A stretch of 32,000 bases of DNA from Sinorhizobium meliloti (GCF_017876815.1 NZ_JAGIOS010000001.1:2610001-2642000), one strand, 5' to 3'; shown: positions 1 to 8,662, counted from the first letter of the stretch. Notes: generated by a model not told the origin, from the letters alone. Numbers and translations: made by a program.

Positions 1-324
1 CTCGTCGACGGGGAAGGGGCTCTCGACGTTACCGAAAACGAGGTCTCCGCCCATGCCGGCGGTCAGATTGAGCACCACGTCTATATCGGCGGAGCGGATG
101 CGATCGGTCACTTCCCTGTAGAGATCGAGCCGCCGGGCAGGCGCGCCGGTCTCGGGATCGCGGACGTGACAATGGACGACGGCGGCACCCGCCTTGGCGG
201 CCTCGATCGCCGACTCGGCGATCTGTTTCGGCGTGACCGGAACGTGGCTGGATTTCGAGACGGTGTCTCCGGCGCCGGTGACGGCGCATGTGATGAACAC
301 CTCGCGGTTCATGCTGAGCGGCAT
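1..324 (-). CDS. beta-keto acid cleavage enzyme family protein (BKACE / 3-keto-5-aminohexanoate cleavage enzyme, DUF849), N-terminal 108 codons; gene runs off the window start
   Basis: Own minus-strand translation from ATG 324 (GGAGGA 6 nt upstream; alternative ATG 312): [93 protein letters not shown]. This is the typical BKACE N-terminus (ITCAVTG ... HCHVRD). It is missing from the ORF track because it is truncated by the window edge. Confidence 0.75.
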   Translation of the reverse strand, partial: MPLSMNREVFITCAVTGAGDTVSKSSHVPVTPKQIAESAIEAAKAGAAVVHCHVRDPETGAPARRLDLYREVTDRIRSADIDVVLNLTAGMGGDLVFGNVESPFPVDE

Positions 325-433
325 TGATGTCCTCCCTTTCGTTGTCCGTATTACGAGCCAGAAAGTGCGGCGCTGCTTTTCATGGATAGAACCATCCTAT
401 ACATTATCGGAATTCTCTGGAGGAAGTTTTGCC

Positions 434-1405
434 TTGGACAGCAGCATCGCGCAGGCGCAGCATATCGATCTTCTGATCCTGCCGGAGACCAATCTCATCC
501 TTGTCGCATCGGTTATCGAACCGCTGCGCGCCGCCAACCGCATCGCCGGGCGGACGCTTTACAGCTGGAGCCTGTTCAGTCCGGACGGGAGGGCGATCGA
601 AACGAAGAGCGGCATTCCCGTTCCGGTGGCCGGCGCCTTCCGTCCGCAGCGCGAGACGGCGCCGCTCTTCGTGCTTTCCAGCTACCACTGGCAGCGCAGC
701 GCCACCTCGCAGCTCAAGATGCTCCTGTCGCAGACGGCGCGGCACCGCGAGATGATGGCCGGCATCGAATCCGGCTCCTGGCTGCTGGCGGAGACGAGCC
801 TCCTCGACAATTTCTCGGCCACCACCCATTGGGAGGATTTCGAGGATTTCGCCGCCGCCTATCCGCAGGTGACGATGGTGCGCGAGCGTTTCGTCATCGA
901 CCGAAAACGCATCACCACCGGCGGCTCGCTGCCGACGCTGGACCTGATGCTGGAACTGATCCGCCGCGCGCACGGCTATTCGCTGGCGCTCGAAGTGTCG
1001 CGCCTCTTCATCTACGAGCAGGAACGCACCCGCGGCGACCTCCTGCAGGTACCCGCAATCGGCAACATGCGCATTCTCGACACCCGCGTCGGCGCCGCGG
1101 TCAAGCTGATGGAAGAAACGGTCGAGGCTCCGCTGACGCTCGCGCGGCTGGCGCGGCGCGTGGGGGTCAGCGCCCGGCACCTTCAGGATCTCTTCAAGGA
1201 AACCATGGGCGTCGCGCCGCACGAACACTATCTGGCGCTGCGGCTCAACGCTGCACGGCGCAAGGTCATCGAAACGCGGATGGAGTTCGCCGACATAGCG
1301 GCGATTTCCGGCTTCAACTCGTCGTCTTCATTTTCGCGCAGCTATCGCGCGCATTATCGGGAAAGCCCCAGCGAGACGCGCCGGCGGCTCAAGCTGAAAA
1401 ACTGA
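434..1405 (+). CDS. GlxA/CdhR-type transcriptional regulator (DJ-1/PfpI-like N-domain + AraC-family HTH)
   Basis: In frame with track ORF 194..1405. The N-terminal domain (IDLLILPETNLILVASVIEPLRAANRI ... THWEDFEDF) is GlxA-like. The C-terminus has the AraC HTH (LTLARLARRVGVSARHLQDLFKE ... IAAISGFNSSSSFSRSYRAHY). Start placed at TTG 434, 7 nt after GGAGGAAG (419-426). The 194-433 extension overlaps the opposite-strand BKACE gene. Start is uncertain. Confidence 0.8.
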   Translation: MDSSIAQAQHIDLLILPETNLILVASVIEPLRAANRIAGRTLYSWSLFSPDGRAIETKSGIPVPVAGAFRPQRETAPLFVLSSYHWQRSATSQLKMLLSQTARHREMMAGIESGSWLLAETSLLDNFSATTHWEDFEDFAAAYPQVTMVRERFVIDRKRITTGGSLPTLDLMLELIRRAHGYSLALEVSRLFIYEQERTRGDLLQVPAIGNMRILDTRVGAAVKLMEETVEAPLTLARLARRVGVSARHLQDLFKETMGVAPHEHYLALRLNAARRKVIETRMEFADIAAISGFNSSSSFSRSYRAHYRESPSETRRRLKLKN

Positions 1406-1496
1406 GTCAAGGGCTTCACGCGGCAACTGAGCGAAGGTGAGTTTTGCGAGTCGAATCAGCGATCTGCCGCAAGTCCCTCGAGAAAGGATTCAGCGA

Positions 1497-2258
1497 TCAG
1501 ACCACCGTCTCGCCCCCGTCCACCACGAGGATCTGTCCGGTCATGTAGGAGGAACGGTCGGAAACAAGGAAGAGGATCGACTCGGCGATCTCGTCGACGC
1601 TCGCCCAGCGGCCGAGCGGAACCCTCTCGCGGATATAGGCTTCGATGGCCTCGCGCCCGCCCATCTGGTCGATGAAGGGCTCGTTGAAGGGCGTGTCGAC
1701 CCAGCCGGGGCAAAGAGCGTTCACCCTGACGCCGTATTTCGCATAGTCGCCCGCCATCTGCCGGGTCATGGCGATGACTGCGTGTTTCGTCGTCGTATAG
1801 GCGATCATCTCACGATCGTAGAGAACGCCTGACGAGGAAGACGTGTTGACGATCACGCCGCGGCCCGCCTTCTTCATCGAGGGCATGACAAGGCGGGCGG
1901 CCATGAAATGGGCGCGGACGTTGAGGTTCCAGGACCGGTCGAAACCCGCCACCTCGACCTCTTCCAGGTCGCCGGCGACCTGCGCGCCGGCGTGATTGTG
2001 CAGGATGTCGATCCGTCCGTGCCGGTAGAGGATATCGGCAATGCCGTCCGCAAGCGCGTCGTCGTCGGTGACGTCGACCGCGAGCGCTTCAGCGCTGCCG
2101 CCCCCGGCGGCGATCGCTGCCACGGTGTCCCCTGCGGCTTCCACGCTGCGGTCGACGACCACCACATGTGCGCCTTCGCGGGCCATGATGGCGGCACCCG
2201 CCCGGCCGATTCCGGAGCCCGCTCCGGTCACGATCGCGATCCGGTTGTTCAGGATCAT
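1497..2258 (-). CDS. short-chain dehydrogenase/reductase (SDR) family oxidoreductase
   Basis: 253 aa. Has TGAGSGIG cofactor motif, NHAG, the Ser (NTSSSSG) and YTTTK (YxxxK) catalytic motif. Starts 4 nt after the upstream permease stop, with GGGAG inside the permease 3' end, so it is the last gene of the ABC operon. Confidence 0.9.
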   Translation of the reverse strand: MILNNRIAIVTGAGSGIGRAGAAIMAREGAHVVVVDRSVEAAGDTVAAIAAGGGSAEALAVDVTDDDALADGIADILYRHGRIDILHNHAGAQVAGDLEEVEVAGFDRSWNLNVRAHFMAARLVMPSMKKAGRGVIVNTSSSSGVLYDREMIAYTTTKHAVIAMTRQMAGDYAKYGVRVNALCPGWVDTPFNEPFIDQMGGREAIEAYIRERVPLGRWASVDEIAESILFLVSDRSSYMTGQILVVDGGETVV

Positions 2259-2262
2259 TGTT

Positions 2263-3081
2263 TCACTCCCCGGATTTGCTTTTCTTTTCGCGCATGAGCA
2301 CGCGGGCGGTCAGGATAAGTAAAAGCGAGGCGACCAGGACCAGGGTCGCGATCGCGTTGATTTCCGGCGTCACCCCGCGGCGGATCGAGGCGAAGACATA
2401 GATCGGCAGGGTCGTCTTCGAGCCGGCGACGAAGAAGGCGATGATGAAGTCGTCGAAGGAGAAGGTGAAAGCGAGGAGAAAGCCCGCGAGGATCGACGGC
2501 AGGATCTGCGGCAGCACGATCAGCCTGAAAGTGGTGAGCGGCGTCGCATAGAGGTCGCCCGACGCCTCGACGATGTCGCGGCCGAGGCTCGCGATGCGCG
2601 CCTTGACGATCATGGTGACGAGCGCCATCGAGAAGAGCCCATGGGCGGCGATGATGGAGCCGTAACCGAGTCCCAGTTGCGGCGGCTGCTCGCCGGGCCA
2701 GAGGGCTGCGATCGTCGGGTTGACGAAGGAGAAGACCGCGACGAGCGCGACCAGTGTCGCGATGCCGATGACGACGCCCGGGACGACGATCGCCGCGGCG
2801 AAGAGTGCATCGAAGAGCGCCCGCATGCGAGAGCCAAGCCGCTCCATGCCCAGTGCGGCCATGGTGCCGAAGACGGCGGCAAGCGTGGCGCTGGTGAACG
2901 CGATGATCAGGCTGTTCTGCAGCGCCGAGACGAGAAATGTGTTGCCGAGCGCCTTGCCGTACCAGGCGAGCGAAAAGCCCGTGAACTCGCTCGCATTGCG
3001 GCCGGCATTGAACGAGAAGAGCACGACCAGCGCGATCGGCGCATAGAGGAAGAGATAGACGGAGGAGATGAAGGCGCGCAT
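2263..3081 (-). CDS. ABC transporter permease (PotC/PotI-like, spermidine/putrescine-type family)
   Basis: 272 aa, about six hydrophobic segments. Has the EAA-like loop of binding-protein-dependent permeases (EASGDLYATPLTTFRLIVLPQILP). TGATG overlap with the upstream permease. Confidence 0.9.
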   Translation of the reverse strand: MRAFISSVYLFLYAPIALVVLFSFNAGRNASEFTGFSLAWYGKALGNTFLVSALQNSLIIAFTSATLAAVFGTMAALGMERLGSRMRALFDALFAAAIVVPGVVIGIATLVALVAVFSFVNPTIAALWPGEQPPQLGLGYGSIIAAHGLFSMALVTMIVKARIASLGRDIVEASGDLYATPLTTFRLIVLPQILPSILAGFLLAFTFSFDDFIIAFFVAGSKTTLPIYVFASIRRGVTPEINAIATLVLVASLLLILTARVLMREKKSKSGE

Positions 3082-3947
3082 CAGACGAGATCCACCTGTC
3101 TTGTTCCGGCGACCTTCCAGGCGATCCGCATCGCCACCATGAGGACGACGACGACGACGGCGACGAGGGTCACCGCGATCGCCGATCCGAAGGGCCAGTT
3201 CCGCGACTGCAGGAAGAGATCGACCAGCGCATTGCCGATGAAGAAGACCTTGCCGCCGCCGAGCAGCTGCGGGATCAGATACTCGCCGAGAAGCAGGATG
3301 GTGACGAGCGCGACGCCCGTCATGACGCCCGGCAGCGACAGCGGCAGAGTGACGCCGAGAAAGGTGGAGACGGGCTTGCCGCCAAGATCGGCGGAAGCCT
3401 CCAACAGGCGGCGGTCGAGCTTTTCCAGGCTCACATAGATCGGCATGATCATCAGCGGCAGATAGCCGTAGACGATGCCGAGCAGCACGGCGCCGGGCGT
3501 GTTCAGCATGCGGACGTCCTCGATGCCGATCATCGACAGGAGATTGGGAATGCCGCGCGAGCCGAGGATGTACATCCAGGCATAGGTACGCACGAGCAGG
3601 CTCGTCCAGAACGGAACGACGACAAGCGAGACGAGGATGAGTCGGTAGCGCGGGTTTGCCTTGACGGCGAGGTAATAGGCGACCGGATAGGCGACGACGA
3701 GGCAGAGCAGGGCGCCGGCCGGGGCGAGCATCAGCGTATTCCAGAACGCGGCCGCCCGCGTCGGCAGATTGGCGAACTGCGCAAAGGTGAAAGCCGGCTG
3801 GTATCCGCCTTCAGGCGCCCGCTCGCCAAAGGCGAAGACGAGCATGGCGATGAATGGGAGAACCAGGAAGACGGTGAGCCACACGGCCGCCGGCGCAATC
3901 AACGCCGCCGTAACCAGGTTCCTCTTCGTGTTCGTTGCCACGCGCAT
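3081..3947 (-). CDS. ABC transporter permease (PotB/PotH-like)
   Basis: Part of track ORF 3081..4103. Start moved to ATG 3947 (MRVATNTKRNLVTAALIAPAAVWL...) because residues 1-52 of the long ORF only translate the palindromic repeat (ACRHLLPACGEK...). EAA loop: EASADLGGKPVSTFLGVTLPLSLPG. Confidence 0.85.
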   Translation of the reverse strand: MRVATNTKRNLVTAALIAPAAVWLTVFLVLPFIAMLVFAFGERAPEGGYQPAFTFAQFANLPTRAAAFWNTLMLAPAGALLCLVVAYPVAYYLAVKANPRYRLILVSLVVVPFWTSLLVRTYAWMYILGSRGIPNLLSMIGIEDVRMLNTPGAVLLGIVYGYLPLMIMPIYVSLEKLDRRLLEASADLGGKPVSTFLGVTLPLSLPGVMTGVALVTILLLGEYLIPQLLGGGKVFFIGNALVDLFLQSRNWPFGSAIAVTLVAVVVVVLMVAMRIAWKVAGTRQVDLV

Positions 3948-3972
3948 GATTTGTCCGTGAACTGGAATGAAA

Positions 3973-4086
3973 CTGCCCCTCACCCTAACCCTCTCCCCGC
4001 AGGCGGGGAGAGGGGACTGGAGCGGTGCGGCATATCCCTTCTCCCCGCAGGCGGGGAGAAGGTGCCGGCAGGCGGATGAGGGGCAG
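3973..4086. repeat. RIME/Sm-repeat-like palindromic mosaic element (copy a), intercistronic
   Basis: Terminal inverted repeats CTGCCCCTCA (3973-3982) and TGAGGGGCAG (4077-4086). Two internal hairpins: CCCTCTCCCCG-CAGG-CGGGGAGAGGG (3989-4014) and CCTTCTCCCCG-CAGG-CGGGGAGAAGG (4037-4062). Same family as 25689-25851, 27311-27395 and 30821-30870. Confidence 0.85.
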
Positions 4087-4099
4087 GTTACATTCTGCC

Positions 4100-5263
4100 T
4101 CAAGCCGATTTGAAACGCGCCATCAGCTCGGCGCGGCCCGGATCCGTCAGCGTCACCGCGGCGCCGAACTCGAGCGGGGTGAGGGCCGCTTCGTCCGGAT
4201 AGACGATCTTGTTCGAGGTGACATCGGCCGGAAGCAGCTTCATGACGCGGCTGTCGGTCGTCGGCGCGCCGTTGGCGATGTGTTCCTTCACGGCGTTTGC
4301 CGGGGTCATCAGGTAATCGAGCAAGGCGTAGCCGGCGGGTTTGTTCGCTGCACTCTTCGGGATCGCGTAGAAGTCCGACCAGATCTCGCCCCCGTCCTTG
4401 CCGAGCACGAACTTGATCTCCGGCATGTCGCGGTTGAGTTGGGCCCCGTCATTGGTCCAGCACATCGTCATCCAGGCATCGGTCGCGCGCATCGACGGCT
4501 GATAGTCGCTGTTGATGGCATAGAGATGCGGCTTGACCTTGATCAGCAGCTCTTCGGCCTTGGCGAGCTCTTCGGGCTTGATCGAATTGAAGGAGAAGCC
4601 GAGCGAGACCAGCGCATTGCCGATCGTCGTGAGCTGATAGTCGTGCACCATGGCACGGCCATCGGCTTCCGTCATCGCAATCTCGAAGAAGTCCTTCCAG
4701 CTCGCAACCGGCGCCTTGATCTTGTCGGAGTTCACGGCGATCCCGGTGGTTCCCCAGTTCTTCGGCACGGCATAGGTCTTGCCTTCGACAATGCCTTCAT
4801 TGGTGAAGCGCGCATTTTCCGTCGAGGCGTCGTAGTTGGGCAGCTTGGAAAGATCGAGCTCGTCGATCAGGCCGAGCTTCACATAAGTCGAGATCGTGTA
4901 GTTCGTGGGCACGAAGAGGTCCCAGCCGATGCCGCCCGCCTGCAGCTTCGCCAGCATTTCCTCGTTCGAGCCGAAGACGTTGACTTCGACCGCGACGCCG
5001 GTCGCGGCGGTGAAGGCTTCGAAGGTGGCGGGATCGTGATAGTTCGGCCAGGTGGCGATCGACATCTGCGTGCCGAGGTCGCCGGCGGCGTAAGCGGCGG
5101 AGTTGAAGAGGCCGGGCTGGCGCGCCAATACGGCCGTCGCGAGGCCGAGGCCGGTGACGCCAAGGAAGTGGCGGCGCGAAACTGAGCCGCGCTTCAGGCG
5201 CATCAGCTCGTCGGCAAGCTTGTCCGCGGTGATCGGGGCATTCTCTCTGTACCACTTGGTCAT
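4100..5263 (-). CDS. ABC transporter periplasmic substrate-binding protein (PotD/PotF-like) with Tat-type signal peptide
   Basis: 387 aa. Has SRRHFLGVTGLGLATAVLA twin-arginine signal, and the mature part resembles polyamine-type SBPs (SIATWPNYHD ... FVPTNY ... WGTTGIAVN). Alternative start ATG 5203 (MRLKRGSVSRRHF). Confidence 0.88.
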   Translation of the reverse strand: MTKWYRENAPITADKLADELMRLKRGSVSRRHFLGVTGLGLATAVLARQPGLFNSAAYAAGDLGTQMSIATWPNYHDPATFEAFTAATGVAVEVNVFGSNEEMLAKLQAGGIGWDLFVPTNYTISTYVKLGLIDELDLSKLPNYDASTENARFTNEGIVEGKTYAVPKNWGTTGIAVNSDKIKAPVASWKDFFEIAMTEADGRAMVHDYQLTTIGNALVSLGFSFNSIKPEELAKAEELLIKVKPHLYAINSDYQPSMRATDAWMTMCWTNDGAQLNRDMPEIKFVLGKDGGEIWSDFYAIPKSAANKPAGYALLDYLMTPANAVKEHIANGAPTTDSRVMKLLPADVTSNKIVYPDEAALTPLEFGAAVTLTDPGRAELMARFKSA

Positions 5264-5314
5264 GATGCTGTTCCCTTATCGTTGACGTCAATTGATTGCG
5301 GCAGATCGGGCCCC

Positions 5315-6436
5315 TCAGGCCGGAAAGACATGCATTGCATTCGGGTCGAAGCTGAGCCCGATCCTTTCACCGGGTTCGGCGAGATCGCTGTCGTTCAGGC
5401 TGCGGCGGTCGGCGGTAACGAGAAAATCGCCGAGGCCCTCGACCTCGACCGAATATTCGACGGACGAGCCCAGGAAGATGCGGTGGGTCACCGTGCCCCG
5501 CAGCGCAGCGCTGCCGTCGCGCACCAGGCTTATCGCCTCCGGGCGCAGCGCCACCATGACCGGGCCTGCCGTGCCGTTGGCGCGGGCGGGCTTGGCAAGT
5601 CCGACGCCATTGGCGAGGAGGACCGCGCCGGCGCCGGGTTCGATCGTCCCGGCGATGCGGTTGGTCTTGCCGACGAAGTCGGCGACGAAGAGGCTTGCCG
5701 GGCGGTCGTAGATCTCCTGCGGCGGCCCGATCTGCACGATGCGGCCAGTGCTCATGACGCAGACGAAGTCGCTCATAGAGAGCGCCTCTTCCTGATCGTG
5801 CGTGACGAGCACGAAGGTGATGCCGAGCTCGCGCTGCAGGCTCTGCAGCTCGATCTGCATGGCGGTGCGCAGCTTCTTGTCGAGCGCTGCGAGCGGCTCG
5901 TCGAGGAGCAGCACCTTCGGCTTGTTGACGATGGCACGGGCGAGCGCCACGCGCTGCTGTTGTCCGCCGGACATTTCGTGGATGCGGCGCTTGCCGAAGC
6001 CGCCGAGTCGGACCATCTCCAGCGCCTCCTGGGCGCGCCGGGTGATCTCGGCCGCCGGGATACGGGGACGCGTCTGCTTCAAGCCGTAGGCGACGTTCTG
6101 CTCGACATCGAGATGCGGGAAAAGCGCATATTGCTGGAACACCATGTTGACCGGCCGGCGATAGGCAGGCACGCCGTTCATCGGCTGGCCGCCGATATAG
6201 ACCATGCCTTCGCTCGGCTGCTCGAAGCCGCCGATCATGCGCAGGCATGTGGTCTTGCCGCAGCCGGATGGGCCGAGCAGCGCAACGAAGGCGCCCTTCG
6301 GCACCGTCAGGTTGATGTCCGATACCGCCGTCACGCTGCCATAGCGTTTGGCGACCGAACGGAATTCGATGTCGTTCGTCGAAGCGGATGTCACGTCTGT
6401 TCCCTGCGGTCGTTCTTGGAATTGCTCGCGGTTCAT
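5315..6436 (-). CDS. ABC transporter ATP-binding protein (PotA-like, with C-terminal TOBE-type domain)
   Basis: 373 aa. All motifs canonical: Walker [11 protein letters not shown]-loop [10 protein letters not shown], signature MSGGQQQR, Walker B LLLDEP, H-loop VTHDQ. Confidence 0.92.
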   Translation of the reverse strand: MNREQFQERPQGTDVTSASTNDIEFRSVAKRYGSVTAVSDINLTVPKGAFVALLGPSGCGKTTCLRMIGGFEQPSEGMVYIGGQPMNGVPAYRRPVNMVFQQYALFPHLDVEQNVAYGLKQTRPRIPAAEITRRAQEALEMVRLGGFGKRRIHEMSGGQQQRVALARAIVNKPKVLLLDEPLAALDKKLRTAMQIELQSLQRELGITFVLVTHDQEEALSMSDFVCVMSTGRIVQIGPPQEIYDRPASLFVADFVGKTNRIAGTIEPGAGAVLLANGVGLAKPARANGTAGPVMVALRPEAISLVRDGSAALRGTVTHRIFLGSSVEYSVEVEGLGDFLVTADRRSLNDSDLAEPGERIGLSFDPNAMHVFPA

Positions 6437-6578
6437 GCACCGCCGCTTCCACCGTCATTATCGGATAGCCTAGTCAAAAGCGCCCGGGCCGGTATATACC
6501 CCAAGAGAGGTATTTCAACCCAAAGCGCCCTGTGGAAGGAGTATACCCCAGAGCGGCGGAGCGAGCCGGGAGAACCGT

Positions 6579-7382
6579 TTGGGCATCGACCTCGACAGAC
6601 TTTTTCAGGCGATGGCGCGGCTGGTGAACGGCGCGCCGATGGATGACGAGGCTGTCGGCTGCACATTCCGGGGACTGATGTCCACCTTGATGACGTTCGA
6701 TTATGTCGTCGTCTTCGCCTACCGGGGAAAAGAACGGCCGCTCGACCTTTACAGTACGTTCGACGCCGAGGATCACGTGCTCTTCGTGAGCCTCTATCAG
6801 GCCGGACCTTATCTGCTCGATCCGTTCTATCACGCCGCTCGTGCCCCCAAGCCAGGCGTGTGGCGCATGCGGGAACTGGCGCCCGACCGTTTCTTCTCGA
6901 GCGAATACTACCGGACCTACTACGTCCAGACGGGGCTTGCCGAGGAGGTCGGCTTCTTCGTGCCGGTCAGCGAACAGGTCACCGTCGTCCTCTCATTGAT
7001 GCGGCGGGAGGCGACGGGCGTCTTCAGCGCGGCGGAATTCGCACTGCTGAAGAAGGCGGAGCCGCTGGTGCCCGCTTTCGTGCGCCATCATTGGGCGGAA
7101 CTCGACCGTCGCTTCGATACGGCGCTCGCGAAAAAGGGCAGGGGCCGCCGGAAGGCGGCGCATCCGCCGGCAGACGGGGTCTGGCGGCATCTCAACCTCA
7201 CCGAGCGGGAAGCCGCCATCATCGAACTCGTGCTTCAGGGGCATTCTTCCGAATCGATCGGATTGAAGCTCGGCATCTCGACGGGCACGGTCAAAGTGCA
7301 CCGCCGCAACGTCTATCGGAAGCTCGGCATTTCCTCGCAAACCCAGCTCCTGTCTCTCTACATCAAGAATCTCGGTCAGTAG
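6579..7382 (+). CDS. LuxR-family transcriptional regulator (C-terminal GerE/LuxR HTH, N-terminal ligand-binding-like domain)
   Basis: 267 aa. C-terminal HTH: LTEREAAIIELVLQGHSSESIGLKLGISTGTVKVHRRNVYRKLGISSQTQL. Track start 6579 is TTG (GGGAGAA 4 nt upstream); first ATG is 6612. Divergent from the ABC/SDR operon. Confidence 0.8.
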   Translation: MGIDLDRLFQAMARLVNGAPMDDEAVGCTFRGLMSTLMTFDYVVVFAYRGKERPLDLYSTFDAEDHVLFVSLYQAGPYLLDPFYHAARAPKPGVWRMRELAPDRFFSSEYYRTYYVQTGLAEEVGFFVPVSEQVTVVLSLMRREATGVFSAAEFALLKKAEPLVPAFVRHHWAELDRRFDTALAKKGRGRRKAAHPPADGVWRHLNLTEREAAIIELVLQGHSSESIGLKLGISTGTVKVHRRNVYRKLGISSQTQLLSLYIKNLGQ

Positions 7383-7513
7383 AGAGACCGCCTCCGCTTC
7401 TCCCGCTCGCCAGACTCCCTTGGCTTTTCGAAAACTCAGCGGAACGCATCGCCGATGTGCCCGCGTTTTTTCGGCATGCGACCAACTCAGACTTGACAAT
7501 TTTTTCAACCCAT

Positions 7514-7570
7514 GAAAATTATTTCATATCGAGATAAAAATATCATGCGCTGCAAAAATTATCATGCAAT
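7514..7570 (+). promoter_or_regulatory. AT-rich triple direct repeat (candidate operator/promoter region) immediately upstream of eryD
   Basis: Three copies of AAAA(A)T(T)AT(T)TCAT at 7515-7527, 7536-7546 and 7554-7565, with about 19-bp spacing. TTGACA lies at 7493-7498. One of only two strongly AT-rich islands in the polyol locus. Confidence 0.35.
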
Positions 7571-7579
7571 GCAGCATGG

Positions 7580-8548
7580 GTGGAGGACATGGCGATCATC
7601 GGTGGAATGGCTGTCCGCGACGACGAGGCGAGCATGGCGACCCGCGCCGCTTGGCTGCATTACGCGGGCGGGCTGACCCAGGCCGAGGTCGCCAAGCGTC
7701 TGGGACTGACGTCGCTCAAAGCGCATCGGCTGATCATGAAGGCCAATCAGGAAGGCTTGGTGAAAGTCTATATCGACGGGGACGTTTCCGAATGCGTCGA
7801 GCTGGAGCAGAAGCTTTCCAGCCGTTACGGCCTGGACTATTGCGAGGTGGTCCCGGACTTCGACAGCGACGACCTGCCGCTGAAGGCGCTCGGCATCTCC
7901 GGGGCACAGTTTCTCAGGCGCGAGATCGAGCGCGGAGAGACGGCGCTGATCGGCGTCGGCCACGGACGCACGCTCGCAGCCAGCATCGAGTACATGCCGC
8001 GCACGGCGAGCAACAATACGCGCTTCGTTTCGCTGCTCGGCGGGCTCACGCGAAAATTCTCCGCCAATCCGCATGACGTGATCCACCGCCTGGCAGAGCG
8101 CACGGGCGCCGAAGCCTATGTGATGCCGGTGCCGTTCTTCGCCAACACGGTCGAGGATCGCGATGTCCTTTTCAGCCAGCGCGGCGTGCGTGAGGTCTTC
8201 GATCTCGCGAAGTCGGCCGACCTTCTGATGGTCGGAATCGGCACGGCCGAGCGCGAGGCGTCGCTTGTGGCGACCGGGATGATCGAGATGCGCGAAATAG
8301 CGGAGATTCAGAAAGCGGGCGGCGTCGGCGAGCTGCTCGGCCACTTCTTCGACGAGAAGGGCAGGCCGATCGAGACCGCGCTTTCGAACCGCACTTTCAC
8401 GCTTGGCCGGCAGGACCTGAAGAACCGCCGCACCGTGGCGATTGCCGGGGGCAGGGTCAAGACGCGCCCGATTCGCGCGGTCCTGGAGAGCGGATTCCTG
8501 AGCGGGCTCATCACGGACGAGCGCACTGCGCAGACGCTGGCCGCTTGA
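7580..8548 (+). CDS. eryD: SorC-family sugar-binding transcriptional regulator (erythritol regulator EryD-like)
   Basis: 322 aa. N-terminal HTH (AAWLHYAGGLTQAEVAKRLGLTSLKAHRLIMKANQEGLVKV) plus a SorC sugar-phosphate-binding domain. Sits at the head of the ery/mpt locus. Track start is GTG 7580; ATG 7589, 7607 or 7634 are also possible. Confidence 0.8.
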   Translation: MEDMAIIGGMAVRDDEASMATRAAWLHYAGGLTQAEVAKRLGLTSLKAHRLIMKANQEGLVKVYIDGDVSECVELEQKLSSRYGLDYCEVVPDFDSDDLPLKALGISGAQFLRREIERGETALIGVGHGRTLAASIEYMPRTASNNTRFVSLLGGLTRKFSANPHDVIHRLAERTGAEAYVMPVPFFANTVEDRDVLFSQRGVREVFDLAKSADLLMVGIGTAEREASLVATGMIEMREIAEIQKAGGVGELLGHFFDEKGRPIETALSNRTFTLGRQDLKNRRTVAIAGGRVKTRPIRAVLESGFLSGLITDERTAQTLAA

Positions 8549-8662
8549 GAAACATGGGACCGAGGAGCGACGAAAATCGGCGCTGCGGTCCGGGGAGGCA
8601 ATACCGGTTGGGTAGCCGGCAGCTCAGTCGAGCAGTTTTACCCGTAGTGGAGGAGAGAACAG

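Noticed and set aside
3948-4103. 52-codon N-terminal extension of the PotB-like permease ORF
   Set aside because: It translates the palindromic repeat (ACRHLLPACGEKGYAAPLQSPLPACGERVRVRG). The internal ATG 3947 gives a normal permease N-terminus.
4025-6646. 386-aa and 454-aa plus-strand ORFs (4025..5185, 5282..6646) opposite the SBP and ATPase genes
   Set aside because: They are antisense to CDSs with complete Walker/signature motifs and a Tat signal. The first also starts inside the palindromic repeat.
7425-7434. TTTTCGAAAA 10-bp palindrome, and a GCATCGCCGA...TCGGCATGC pairing, after the LuxR gene
   Set aside because: The palindrome is short and AT-only. In the second pairing the T-run lies in the loop rather than after the stem. 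Neither supports a terminator or operator call.
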